Below, in pieces: positions 16,774 through 26,038 of a stretch of 64,000 nucleotides of DNA (within the stretch, counting starts at the first letter, position 1; every line of letters starts with the position of its first letter). The stretch spans positions 335,431 to 399,430 of the forward strand of contig CAZRJR010000001.1 of assembly GCA_964600985.1 (NCBI GenBank), read 5' to 3'. The DNA comes from an uncultured Candidatus Saccharibacteria bacterium (GTDB lineage Bacteria > Patescibacteriota > Saccharimonadia > CAILAD01 > JADZBC01). Under the pieces are notes generated by a model that saw only the letters and a program-made list of their open reading frames with translations, ran no database searches and was not told where the DNA came from. The translations under genes were made by a program, and so were the position numbers.

Positions 16774-17367
16774 TTATCGTGTTTCTCTCCACGGGATGAC
16801 AACAAGTTTAGGCCAGACCTTAGTCCATCGTGCTAGCTTTGCATCGTAGACTTTCTCAGGAGCTACCGTCTTATTAGGTCTAATAACCAATCCGAAGAGA
16901 TCATGAAGGCCATAGGGCGCATACACCTTTAGTCTACCTCCTTCCATCCTTACTCCTACACAGCATACTGTAACAGGCCACGAATTTATACCTTCTGCCG
17001 CGCTGCCGTAATATGGTGCCGGAGTTCCATTACGTTCTTCGTACCATGTATAGACACGTGCCTGATTTACTAATTCCATAGAAATGGACAGTTGCGAGAA
17101 CTGTTTGTTTGCAATCTGAGTTATGACATCTTCTGTTTCATGACTTTCATCTTTGTTATAGTAAACCACATCATAATCCTTGATATTAGCTTCTGAGCTA
17201 AAGCCATGAAGATAATTCCATACTGTCTGAGAAATACAGCCACCCGCCAAGTAGTAATCCCCTAGCTTTAGCGCCTCCAAACCTTTAAGAACTTTTACAA
17301 TATTCTCGTTAGTACGAAGAATCCTCGCAAGCTCTGTGGTTTGACTCTCTAGATCGGCATTTTCCAT
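16774..17367 (-). CDS. Nucleotidyltransferase-family protein (DUF925/NTP_transf_6-like), low GC
   Basis: 197 aa. Motifs GDYYLAGGCISQTVWN and YDVVYY resemble the small bacterial NTase family. Moderate certainty. Confidence 0.5.
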   Translation of the reverse strand: MENADLESQTTELARILRTNENIVKVLKGLEALKLGDYYLAGGCISQTVWNYLHGFSSEANIKDYDVVYYNKDESHETEDVITQIANKQFSQLSISMELVNQARVYTWYEERNGTPAPYYGSAAEGINSWPVTVCCVGVRMEGGRLKVYAPYGLHDLFGLVIRPNKTVAPEKVYDAKLARWTKVWPKLVVIPWRETR

Positions 17368-17561
17368 ACTCCAATCCTAGCACAAAACAAAAATGCGACC
17401 CGAGATATTCTCGAATCGCTCAGTCTAGATACTTCCCTGTTATCTACTGCCGACATCCAATGGAAATGTTTGAACTGAAAAAGCGGATCAAGGAATAATC
17501 CCCGAACCGCTATGGGGCCAATGAGTCCAAAATGCCCATTGCACCCCTCCTCTTGACCGAG

Positions 17562-17888
17562 CTAAGCGCGGACGGTTCGGTCGGTGGTGTGCACGGAGCC
17601 ATCGGGCTCGCGGATGCACTCGTTGTTGCCGTTGCGGTACCCCACCGAATGGTCTTCGCCGAACAACTCCATAAGGAGGTTGTGCAGGCGCTCGACGAGC
17701 CGGACCAGATCCCACCCCTCGTCGGGCAGGGTGTACATGAACCCCTTCGTCGTGGGGAACATGCGGCCCTGCCTTCTCTCGTTCAGGGCGCGCTCGATGG
17801 TCTCGCGAGCCTCTGTCGTGCGGAGGGATCTGTCGAGTTCGACTTCGACTTGACGCCCTCCAACCTGGAAATCCAAGTAACTGTGCAT
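17562..17888 (-). CDS. Hypothetical 108-aa protein, high GC
   Basis: ATG at 17888 with SD CAGGAGAG. Promoter TTGATT-17-TATTAT at about 17925-17960. The track start 17924 is rejected. Confidence 0.5.
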   Translation of the reverse strand: MHSYLDFQVGGRQVEVELDRSLRTTEARETIERALNERRQGRMFPTTKGFMYTLPDEGWDLVRLVERLHNLLMELFGEDHSVGYRNGNNECIREPDGSVHTTDRTVRA

Positions 17889-18070
17889 AGTGCTCTCCTG
17901 AATGTCTCGAGTGAGTGAATACATAATACTATAATTATGTTATAAAATCAAGACCTTTCCGGTGGTATTACTGGGAGTATAACTCAACCAGGAAAACCAC
18001 CCACTCGTTGGCTGAGCACCTTTCTTGGTGAACTATATTAAATAGAATTGGAATCCTATAAAGAAGGAGT

Positions 18071-18137
18071 GACTAGACTGGCACTCTATACTAAGTGAAG
18101 TTAAGGAGCTTGTCTCTACGAGTGTAAGTTAGAACCT
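18071..18137. repeat. Conserved element E2, abutting the trpS stop
   Basis: See E1. Confidence 0.6.
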
Positions 18138-19134
18138 ATGGCTGATAGAGCTTCATTGCCTTCCTAACGCCGCCCATCGTTACCTGTACTTCAGCCCTGG
18201 CTTTTGCCGTACCGTCTCTAATAATACTTCTTACGAGCTCAGGCTGGCTCTCGTAGAACTTCCTCTTACTCCGTATAGGCTCTAGGAAGTCATTCAATAC
18301 TTCAATGAGATATTCTTTAGCTTCCATGTCACTAACTCTACCCTTTCTATATAAGAACTTTAGTCTGGTAACTTTATCGGTATCATTACAGAAAGCATCC
18401 AAGTAGGTAAAAACTAGATTGCCTTCCACTTTTCCTGGATCAGTTGTGCGCTTACGGCCAGGATCCGTGTACATTCTCATTACTTGTTTCTTTACTACGG
18501 CGGGTGTATCGGACAAGTAGATTACGTTTCCTAGGCTTTTACTCATCTTAGTCTTGCCATCTATACCAGCTAGGCGCGCAACTCGCCCGACCTTTATCTC
18601 AGGCATCGCAAAGGTCTCACCATAGATATTATTAAAGCGACGTACGACTTCACGAGTTAGCTCAACCATTGGCGCTTGATCGTCACCGGCAGGAACTAAG
18701 TCAGCTTTAAACCCAAGGATGTCTGCAACTTCAGAAAGCGGATAATTCAAGAAACCAACCGGCACATTATTGCCAAAGCCTTTTTGTTTCATTTCGTTTT
18801 TAACAGTAGGATTCCTCTCAAGTCTCGCTAGGCTAACTAAGTTCATGAAGTAAACTGTTAGTTCGGCTAGCTCTGGTATCTGTGACTGTACAAAGATAGT
18901 AGAGTTACTTGGGTCCAAACCAGCCGCCAAGTTGTCGAGGGCTACTTCGTAGACGCTATCCCGCACTCTCTCTGGATTGTCGAAGTTATCAGTCAGTGCC
19001 TGAACATCGGCGAGCATTATGTATGTCTCGTACTGATTCTGTAGCTTGACCCGATTTTCAAGGGTGCCTAAATAGTGACCAAGGTGTAGTTTACCTGTCG
19101 GTCGATCACCCGTTAGTATTCGTTGTTTTCTCAT
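18136..19134 (-). CDS. trpS: Tryptophan--tRNA ligase
   Basis: HIGH-type motif TGKLHLGHYLG and KMSKS-type motif KMSKS. Confidence 0.9.
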   Translation of the reverse strand: MRKQRILTGDRPTGKLHLGHYLGTLENRVKLQNQYETYIMLADVQALTDNFDNPERVRDSVYEVALDNLAAGLDPSNSTIFVQSQIPELAELTVYFMNLVSLARLERNPTVKNEMKQKGFGNNVPVGFLNYPLSEVADILGFKADLVPAGDDQAPMVELTREVVRRFNNIYGETFAMPEIKVGRVARLAGIDGKTKMSKSLGNVIYLSDTPAVVKKQVMRMYTDPGRKRTTDPGKVEGNLVFTYLDAFCNDTDKVTRLKFLYRKGRVSDMEAKEYLIEVLNDFLEPIRSKRKFYESQPELVRSIIRDGTAKARAEVQVTMGGVRKAMKLYQP

Positions 19135-19144
19135 AATAATCTCC

Positions 19145-19867
19145 TTATGTCTTAAATGACTTAGGCCTACTTAAGCAAAAGCCCTTTGAGCCACGAAAAG
19201 CTACTCGTCTTGGTAAAAACGGAATAACCGTAGTGCCCTCTATTAGTTCGAAACTCTTAGCTCCAAACGGGATTGGCATCTCTAATGGTATTTTCCCCTC
19301 GGCTGTATAAATAGAGTGTTTATGTGTTGGCATTCTAACGCCTAGCAAGAGGTTACGAACCACATCCTCTAACTGGATAATGTTCGCTACATTGCGAGCT
19401 AAACTATCAGAGTACTCAAGCGATACGCTGCCTCGAAACTGACTAATAAGCGAACCAAACCCACCCTTCATATAAACAATATTTGTACTTGGTAGCTGGT
19501 TAAGGATGGTGCGAGTACGAGCAGTGAGGTTGGTAATAATCGGAACCATAGGGAGATGCCCTCGTGTCGTGTGTATGTCAATAATATAACTACCCGGATC
19601 AATTGCCTGTAAGAGTTGGTGGGCAAGTTTCTCTTCCAGGTTACCAAGGGCATTACCCGGAAAAGAACGATTAAGATCTGCATCAATGTAACGTGTTCGC
19701 TTCGCCAAAGCTTCTTCATTCGCCAATATTAACGTAAGGCCGGGATAGGCATCGATTTTATTCGCGAAGTACTCAAAGACGACTCTGCCATAGTTCTCAC
19801 TGCCATGCACACAGCCCACAAGTGTAACTTTATGTCTTGATAGTTGGTTATTTTGCAATACTTTCAT
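19145..19867 (-). CDS. Succinylglutamate desuccinylase/aspartoacylase (AstE/AspA)-family zinc hydrolase
   Basis: VGCVHGSENYG (HGNE-like zinc-binding motif) and the family's size. Confidence 0.7.
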   Translation of the reverse strand: MKVLQNNQLSRHKVTLVGCVHGSENYGRVVFEYFANKIDAYPGLTLILANEEALAKRTRYIDADLNRSFPGNALGNLEEKLAHQLLQAIDPGSYIIDIHTTRGHLPMVPIITNLTARTRTILNQLPSTNIVYMKGGFGSLISQFRGSVSLEYSDSLARNVANIIQLEDVVRNLLLGVRMPTHKHSIYTAEGKIPLEMPIPFGAKSFELIEGTTVIPFLPRRVAFRGSKGFCLSRPKSFKT

Positions 19868-19884
19868 AATATTCCTTTGGGGTT

Positions 19885-19914
19885 GGTGCCCGGGAGCGTA
19901 AACTCCCGGGCACC
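19885..19914. other. Perfect 12-bp stem-loop ggtgcccgggag-cgtaaa-ctcccgggcacc in the 5-prime leader of the 19145..19867 gene
   Basis: Inverted repeat read directly. Confidence 0.5.
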
Positions 19915-20435
19915 GTTAATCGGCGTAAGGGCGCCGTACCCATTTATCACCAGTCCATTTGGTTCTCCTTTCGGACTCGTGTGCGGGAAACAAAAATCCC
20001 GCCCTCATCACATACCTAAAAAGATATGTAACAAGGGCGGGATTCTAGATCACGCGGTGCCACCTTGCTTTGTCATGAATCGTACTTTCTTGTACGAAAA
20101 AAGACCTCTTCGCTGACTCAGACTCTACATACCGTAGACGACAACAGCTATCCTATGATTACGGAGGAAACCGGATTACCACTAGCGCAGTAATCACCCT
20201 TCACAAATGTGAAAATCTAGCCCCAACCCTGCCTCACAAATGTGTGCAGGAACTAGATATAGGTTTTGAATTATTGCAAAGAACTTAGGATATTGTATAC
20301 CTATTATGGTTGAGTGTCAAGAGACATTACCATGCAATGTGTATTCGAACCCATTTTAACCTGTAGTGCCAAGTCGTTTGTCACTGTAATAAAGTCCAGA
20401 TCTTTTTTACAGGTTAGAAAACTGTATTTATACTT

Positions 20436-20454
20436 TGGTGATCCCGGCGGGATT
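20436..20454. repeat. 19-nt direct copy of the tRNA-Glu 3-prime end (tggtgatcccggcgggatt), 148 nt beyond the tRNA 3-prime end
   Basis: Exact match to 20603-20621. Confidence 0.7.
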
Positions 20455-20602
20455 ACTAGATGTATAATCATCGTCGTTCGTAAAGCTTAAAAGCAAGCTC
20501 TTTGCTTTGCCTCACTCCTTGATTATCGTCCCCGCTTCGCAAGTTCCAGTCTCACAGAGACTACCAAAGCAAAACGCCCACCATAGGGTGAGCAGCTTGC
20601 CC

Positions 20603-20678
20603 TGGTGATCCCGGCGGGATTCGAACCCGCGATCTTCTGGATGAGAACCAGATATCCTAACCACTAGACGACGGGACC
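20603..20678 (-). tRNA. tRNA-Glu (anticodon CTC), CCA encoded
   Basis: rc gives a 76-nt cloverleaf: acceptor GGTCCCG/CGGGATC, anticodon stem TCTGG/CCAGA, loop TTCTCAT, T-arm GCGGG-TTCGAAT-CCCGC. Confidence 0.8.
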
Positions 20679-20854
20679 GAGTCGCAGTAATATAGATGTA
20701 ACGCCAGATCATACTAGCATTTGTGAGGGGAAAATTCAATTACCCTACTTGACGAACTATAGTACAGTTTCGTACAATGTTCGTATGCAGTGTGTACTCT
20801 AAGGGGGTAAAAACAAAAGGACGCTTGATAGCAGAGAATTGCATGGCTGAAGTG

Positions 20855-20883
20855 TTGACAGCTAGCATAAGCGCTATATATAG
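20855..20883 (+). promoter_or_regulatory. nrdA promoter (TTGACA...TATATA) overlapped by a near-palindromic NrdR-box-like site CGCTATATATAGTG (20872-20885)
   Basis: -35 and -10 read directly. The site resembles the NrdR-box core acaCwAtATaTwGtgt. Confidence 0.4.
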
Positions 20884-20922
20884 TGTATATCATAACAATA
20901 CAAACACTACAGGAGGGTGAGG

Positions 20923-23631
20923 ATGAGCTTTTCGCAAGTAAAAAAACGTAATGGTGCGGTGGTAGACTTTGACTCTGCACGCATCGAAGTGGCTATTCAA
21001 AAAGCGTCGGTAGCGGCTGGCGAAGAAGTTCCAAGCGAAGACATCCCCCTGATAGTAGAGAACATTCTTTCTAACTTAGATGCTGTACTGACCGGCGCCA
21101 TGCCAGATGTAGAATTAATTCAAGACCATGTAGAGCAAGAACTCATGCGCGGTGGTCACTACCAAACTGCTCGCACCTACATCGTGTATCGTGATACCCA
21201 CAAAGCCATTCGTGAAGCCCAAGAGCGCGACTCCGCCCACAAGCTTGAACAAAGCGAGCTCCAAGTAAAGGGCAAAGATGGAAGTGTGGAGATGTTTAGC
21301 TACGCTCGCCTGGTAAAGGACTTGCTGGTAGCAGCCGAGGGCCTGGGCGATGTAATTAACGTAGATGAATTAGCGCAAGCAGTTAAGACGAACTTATACG
21401 ATGGTATCAGCACTACTGAGCTCGAGGAGGCTATGATTATGGCCACAAAGGCCTACATAGAGCGTGACAAAGCTTACTCTCAGCTCGCTGCCCGCCTGCT
21501 TATGCGTAAATTGCAGCGCGAGGTGCTAAAACTAGAATCCGGCCAAAACCCTAACGAGCAATATAGCGCCCAGTTTGCTCAGTTCGTGACCAACGCAGTA
21601 AGTAACAAACGCTTAGACAAGCGCATGCTCGACTTTGACCTCGAAAAACTCGGCGCGGCACTCAAGCTCGAGCGCGATGATCTGCTTGACTACATGGGTC
21701 TCCACGTACTGTATGGCAACTACTTTTTGCGCTCCGAAGCACGCAAAGATGTACTCGAACTACCACAATACTTTTGGATGCGTGTAGCCATGGGTATTGC
21801 CATTGCCGAAAAGAAGGATAAAACCAACTGGGCGATTAAGTTCTACGAGGCGCTCTCTACTCTACGCTACGTAACCTCGAGCCCCACCCTATTTAACGCC
21901 GGTACGAACTTTTCGCAGCTTAGCTCGTGCTTTTTAAATACCGTCGAAGACGACCTAAAACACATCTACAAGGTATACCTAGACACTGCGCTGATGTCGA
22001 AGTTCTCCGGCGGAATTGCTACCGACTGGACCAACGTGCGCGCTACTGGCTCACAAATTAAGACTATAGACGTAACCAGCCAGGGCGTGGTGCCATTTCT
22101 TAAGATCGCCAACGATTCTACGGTGGCTATTGCGCGAAGTGGTCGCCGAATAGGTGCAACTGCGGTGTATCTAGAAACCTGGCACCTCGACATAGAGGAC
22201 TTTCTGGAACTTCGCAAGAATACGGGTGACGAACGACGACGTACTCACGACATAAACACTGCCAACTGGATTCCAGACCTATTCATGAAGCGTGTTATGG
22301 AGGACGCTGAGTGGACGCTATTCTCGCCAGACGACACGCCCGACTTGCACCACCTGTATGGCAAGGCTTTCGAAAAACGCTATAAAGAATATGAAAAACT
22401 AGCCGACAAAGGCGAAATTAAACTCTTTAAGCGGGTGTCAGCCGCAGCCCTATGGCGCAAAATGCTATCAATGCTGTTCGAAACCGGCCATCCATGGATG
22501 ACGTTTAAAGACCCGAGCAATTTACGCTCTCCCCAAGATCATGTTGGCGTAGTGCATAACTCCAACTTGTGCACCGAGATCACTCTAAATAACTCCAAGG
22601 AAGAAACGGCTGTCTGCAATCTGGGTTCGGTTAACCTCGCTCAGCACATGGTCGAGGGTAGGCTTGACCAAGAAATGCTCAAAAGCACCATTAGCTGTGC
22701 GGTACGTATGCTAGACAATGTAATTGACCTTTGCTACTACGTAACCAAAGAAACTGAGCGTGCCAATATGAACAACCGCCCGGTCGGGCTTGGCATCATG
22801 GGTCACCAAGACGCACTCTATATGCTCGACATTGACTTTGCTTCGGACGCTGCAGTTGCCTTTGCCGACGAAAGCATGGAGATAATTTCCTACTACGCTA
22901 TTTTGGCCTCGAGCGAACTTGCCCAAGAACGTGGCGCCTACAAAACCTACAAGGGTTCCAAGTGGGATCGTGGCATCTTCCCGGTCGACACGCTCGATAT
23001 CTTAGAACGAGAGCGTGGCATAAAGCTCGACATACCACGCGGTGGCAAGCTCGACTGGAAGCCCCTGCGAGCGGCTGTTAAAAAGTATGGCATGCGTAAC
23101 TCCAATGTGATGGCGATCGCACCTACAGCCTCGATTGCCAATGTGGCGGGCTGCGTACCGTGCATAGAGCCAATCTACAAAAACTTGTATGTTAAATCCA
23201 ACATGAGTGGTGATTTTACGGTTCTAAACAGCTACCTCATTGACGACTTACGCCAGTTAGGACTGTGGGACGAGCAAATGCTTAACAAAATTAAGTACTA
23301 CGATGGCAGCATCCAACAGATTGAAGAAATTCCTGCCAAGATCCGCGCTAAGTACAAAGAAGTGTTCGAGATCGAGCCTGAGTGGTTGATTAAGGCTGCG
23401 GCGTACCGGGGCAAATGGATTGACCAAAGCCAGTCGCTCAATATATACATGCGTGGCGTATCGGGCAAAAAGCTATCCGACGCTTACATGTACGCCTGGA
23501 AAATGGGACTCAAGACCACCTACTACCTCCGCACCTTGGCCGCTTCGCAGGTAGAAAAATCGACTGTGAACACCACTGAATTTGGTGCTACCCACAAGCG
23601 CGACTTTGCCGCTGCACCCACTGCCTCATAG
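20923..23631 (+). CDS. nrdA: Ribonucleoside-diphosphate reductase alpha subunit (class I), with an N-terminal ATP-cone
   Basis: ATP-cone VKKRNGAVVDFD. About 900 aa. AGGAGG 6 nt before the ATG at 20923. Confidence 0.9.
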   Translation: MSFSQVKKRNGAVVDFDSARIEVAIQKASVAAGEEVPSEDIPLIVENILSNLDAVLTGAMPDVELIQDHVEQELMRGGHYQTARTYIVYRDTHKAIREAQERDSAHKLEQSELQVKGKDGSVEMFSYARLVKDLLVAAEGLGDVINVDELAQAVKTNLYDGISTTELEEAMIMATKAYIERDKAYSQLAARLLMRKLQREVLKLESGQNPNEQYSAQFAQFVTNAVSNKRLDKRMLDFDLEKLGAALKLERDDLLDYMGLHVLYGNYFLRSEARKDVLELPQYFWMRVAMGIAIAEKKDKTNWAIKFYEALSTLRYVTSSPTLFNAGTNFSQLSSCFLNTVEDDLKHIYKVYLDTALMSKFSGGIATDWTNVRATGSQIKTIDVTSQGVVPFLKIANDSTVAIARSGRRIGATAVYLETWHLDIEDFLELRKNTGDERRRTHDINTANWIPDLFMKRVMEDAEWTLFSPDDTPDLHHLYGKAFEKRYKEYEKLADKGEIKLFKRVSAAALWRKMLSMLFETGHPWMTFKDPSNLRSPQDHVGVVHNSNLCTEITLNNSKEETAVCNLGSVNLAQHMVEGRLDQEMLKSTISCAVRMLDNVIDLCYYVTKETERANMNNRPVGLGIMGHQDALYMLDIDFASDAAVAFADESMEIISYYAILASSELAQERGAYKTYKGSKWDRGIFPVDTLDILERERGIKLDIPRGGKLDWKPLRAAVKKYGMRNSNVMAIAPTASIANVAGCVPCIEPIYKNLYVKSNMSGDFTVLNSYLIDDLRQLGLWDEQMLNKIKYYDGSIQQIEEIPAKIRAKYKEVFEIEPEWLIKAAAYRGKWIDQSQSLNIYMRGVSGKKLSDAYMYAWKMGLKTTYYLRTLAASQVEKSTVNTTEFGATHKRDFAAAPTAS

Positions 23632-23661
23632 CCTAAAATAACCCAATTTAGAAGGAAGATC

Positions 23662-24696
23662 ATGCCAATTACCCAAACAAGCAAGCGAATCGACATTAAT
23701 AAGCGTCGCATAATCAACGGGGCCGACTCCGATGTAATGCAACTCCATCCTATGAAGCACAAGTTTGCTTGGGAAGCCTACAATGCCGGCAACGCTAACC
23801 ACTGGCTCCCCACCGAGATAGCCATGCAAGACGACATAGAACTCTGGAAATCTGACCGCCTGACTGACGACGAACGCAAGGCCCTCAAGACGGTGTTAGG
23901 CTTTTTTACCACCGCCGACTCCATAGCCGCCAACAACATTGTGCTCGCCCTATACAAACACATTACCTCGCCCGAATGCCGCATGTACCTGCTCCGTCAG
24001 GCTTACGAAGAGGCGATTCACACTCATGCCTACCAATACATTGTAGAAAGCCTTGGTCTTGACGGTGGCGAGATATTCAATATGTACCGCGAGAACACCG
24101 CCATATATAGTAAAGCTTCGTTCATACTTAGCTTTAACGAAGGTATATTCGATGACAACTTCAAAACCGGTACGTTTGAGTCCGATCAAAAGTTCCTAGA
24201 AAACCTATGTGTGTTCTCGCTCATATTAGAAGGCATATTCTTCTACAGTTCGTTTGCGGTCATGTTTGGGTTTCAACGCCAAAACAAGATGACTGGTGCC
24301 GCCGAACAGATTCAGTATATTATGCGGGATGAGTCACAGCACCTTAACTTCGGTATCAATATGATAAATACTATCAAAGAAGAGCAGTCCGAACTTTGGA
24401 CGCCAGAATTTCAGCAACACATCGTGGAGCTCGTGCGTGAAGCAGCTAAGCTCGAATACACCTATGCAGCCGCTGTGTTCCCTCGGGGTATATTTGGCAT
24501 GAATGCCGCTGGATTTAAGCAGTACATAGAGCACATTGCCGATCGCCGACTCCAAACAGTTGGCTTGCCCGCCCAGTTTAAGGTCGTAAATCCATTCCCA
24601 TGGATGAGCGAAGCAGTAGACTTAGTAAAGGAAAAGAACTTCTTTGAAACCCGCGTGACCGAATACCAAACTGGCGGCGCTCTGAGCTGGGAGTAG
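23662..24696 (+). CDS. nrdB: Ribonucleoside-diphosphate reductase beta subunit (ferritin-like di-iron R2)
   Basis: Directly downstream of nrdA. 344 aa. Typical R2 helices with E/H ligand pattern (EEAIHTHAY..., ESQHLNF). Confidence 0.9.
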   Translation: MPITQTSKRIDINKRRIINGADSDVMQLHPMKHKFAWEAYNAGNANHWLPTEIAMQDDIELWKSDRLTDDERKALKTVLGFFTTADSIAANNIVLALYKHITSPECRMYLLRQAYEEAIHTHAYQYIVESLGLDGGEIFNMYRENTAIYSKASFILSFNEGIFDDNFKTGTFESDQKFLENLCVFSLILEGIFFYSSFAVMFGFQRQNKMTGAAEQIQYIMRDESQHLNFGINMINTIKEEQSELWTPEFQQHIVELVREAAKLEYTYAAAVFPRGIFGMNAAGFKQYIEHIADRRLQTVGLPAQFKVVNPFPWMSEAVDLVKEKNFFETRVTEYQTGGALSWE

Positions 24697-24753
24697 TGCA
24701 ACCAGAAGCCTATTAGGCTATATGGTTATGCTAAAATAGTGGTAAGGTAACAC

Positions 24754-26034
24754 ATGTCTGAACCACAAAAACAACCCAAGCCACTCAATAAACCAAGCAA
24801 GAAGCCAGCTCCTGCGGCCGAGCTTGCAATTGATCCGCTCGAGGAGCCTAAGGCGAGCAAGGCTGGAGATTCGGTAGTTACAAAAACAGCCAAAGAACCC
24901 AAGGAGCAAGGTAAAGAGGATGGCGCAGCTGAGCAAAATGCCATAGGCACTGCGGCAACAGACACACCACCAGGGAAGAAGCTAAGTCGCAAGCAAATCA
25001 TATGTATAGTGGCCATCAGCCTGGGGGTACTTGTACTGGCGAGCATAAGTACATACGTACTAACCCACAAACGAGCAAAGCCGCCGGTTAAACGCGAAGC
25101 TACTAAGACGATTACTGCACCACCCAAACCAAAGACCCTACCCAGCCCACTGACTGGTGTAGAGGTAACTCCGGTGCAAGCTGAGCACCCGGTGGTTGCG
25201 GTGGTTATAGAAAACCTCTACCCAAGTGCGCGACCGCAATCTGGCCTGTCTTCGGCCGGCGTAGTCTACGAAACCCTAGCCGAAGGTGGTATTACACGCT
25301 ACCTAGCGCTATTTGGCGACACTATACCAGCCGACATTGGTCCGGTGCGTAGCCTACGTACCTTCTTTGTGCGCTGGGGACTCGAATACGGCGTGCCTGT
25401 CGTGCATGCCGGAGGAAACATTGATGCCCTCGATATGATCTCCCCACTAGGACTCAAGGACCTCGACCAGTTCTATAACGGCAACTACTTTAGGCGCATT
25501 ACCGCTCGCTATGCACCCCACAACCTCTACACCAGTGGCGACCAGCTAGAGAAGCTCATGCAAGCCAAGGGTTACTACACCAAGCCTGTCTTTACACCAT
25601 GGCTGCGCAAGGACGACGCCAAAAGCACTGCGCCGACCGCCGCAAGTATCACCATTGACCCTTCATACTACGATTATCAGGTGTCATACGCCTACGACCC
25701 AGCCGACAACAGCTATACTAGATCAATCCGAGGAGTAGCCGATACCGACGCCAATGGCAACGTGCCAATTAAGCCTAAAAACGTCGTCGTGCTCAAGGCA
25801 GCCACCACATATGGCATAACACGCGTTGGCTCACAAGCCACCTATACCCAAACAGTTGGCACCGGCACGGGAATAATCTTTACGGACGGCGTAGCGACAG
25901 AGATCACTTGGAGTAAGCCGAATGACAGTGCACGTACCAAATTCTTAGACACCAGCGGCAAAGAAGTAGCATTAAACCGTGGTCAAACCTGGGTAACCGT
26001 GATACCGCTCGAAAAGACTGTTAGCTACAAATAA
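24754..26034 (+). CDS. DUF3048 (YerB-like) membrane-anchored protein
   Basis: N-terminal low-complexity region plus one TM, then VVAVVIENLYPSARPQSGLSSAGVVYE...GGITRYLALF, typical of DUF3048. Confidence 0.65.
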   Translation: MSEPQKQPKPLNKPSKKPAPAAELAIDPLEEPKASKAGDSVVTKTAKEPKEQGKEDGAAEQNAIGTAATDTPPGKKLSRKQIICIVAISLGVLVLASISTYVLTHKRAKPPVKREATKTITAPPKPKTLPSPLTGVEVTPVQAEHPVVAVVIENLYPSARPQSGLSSAGVVYETLAEGGITRYLALFGDTIPADIGPVRSLRTFFVRWGLEYGVPVVHAGGNIDALDMISPLGLKDLDQFYNGNYFRRITARYAPHNLYTSGDQLEKLMQAKGYYTKPVFTPWLRKDDAKSTAPTAASITIDPSYYDYQVSYAYDPADNSYTRSIRGVADTDANGNVPIKPKNVVVLKAATTYGITRVGSQATYTQTVGTGTGIIFTDGVATEITWSKPNDSARTKFLDTSGKEVALNRGQTWVTVIPLEKTVSYK

Positions 26035-26038
26035 CTCG

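Noticed and set aside
19868-20600. RNase P RNA, tmRNA or SRP RNA in the long non-coding region
   Set aside because: I checked by eye for the P4 motifs (GGAAAGTCCGG / ACAGAAcCCGGCTTA), the tmRNA 5-prime GGATTCGAC / 3-prime tRNA-like end, and the SRP AGGTC.GGAA..GGAAGCAGC motif. None was found. An unknown ncRNA cannot be excluded.
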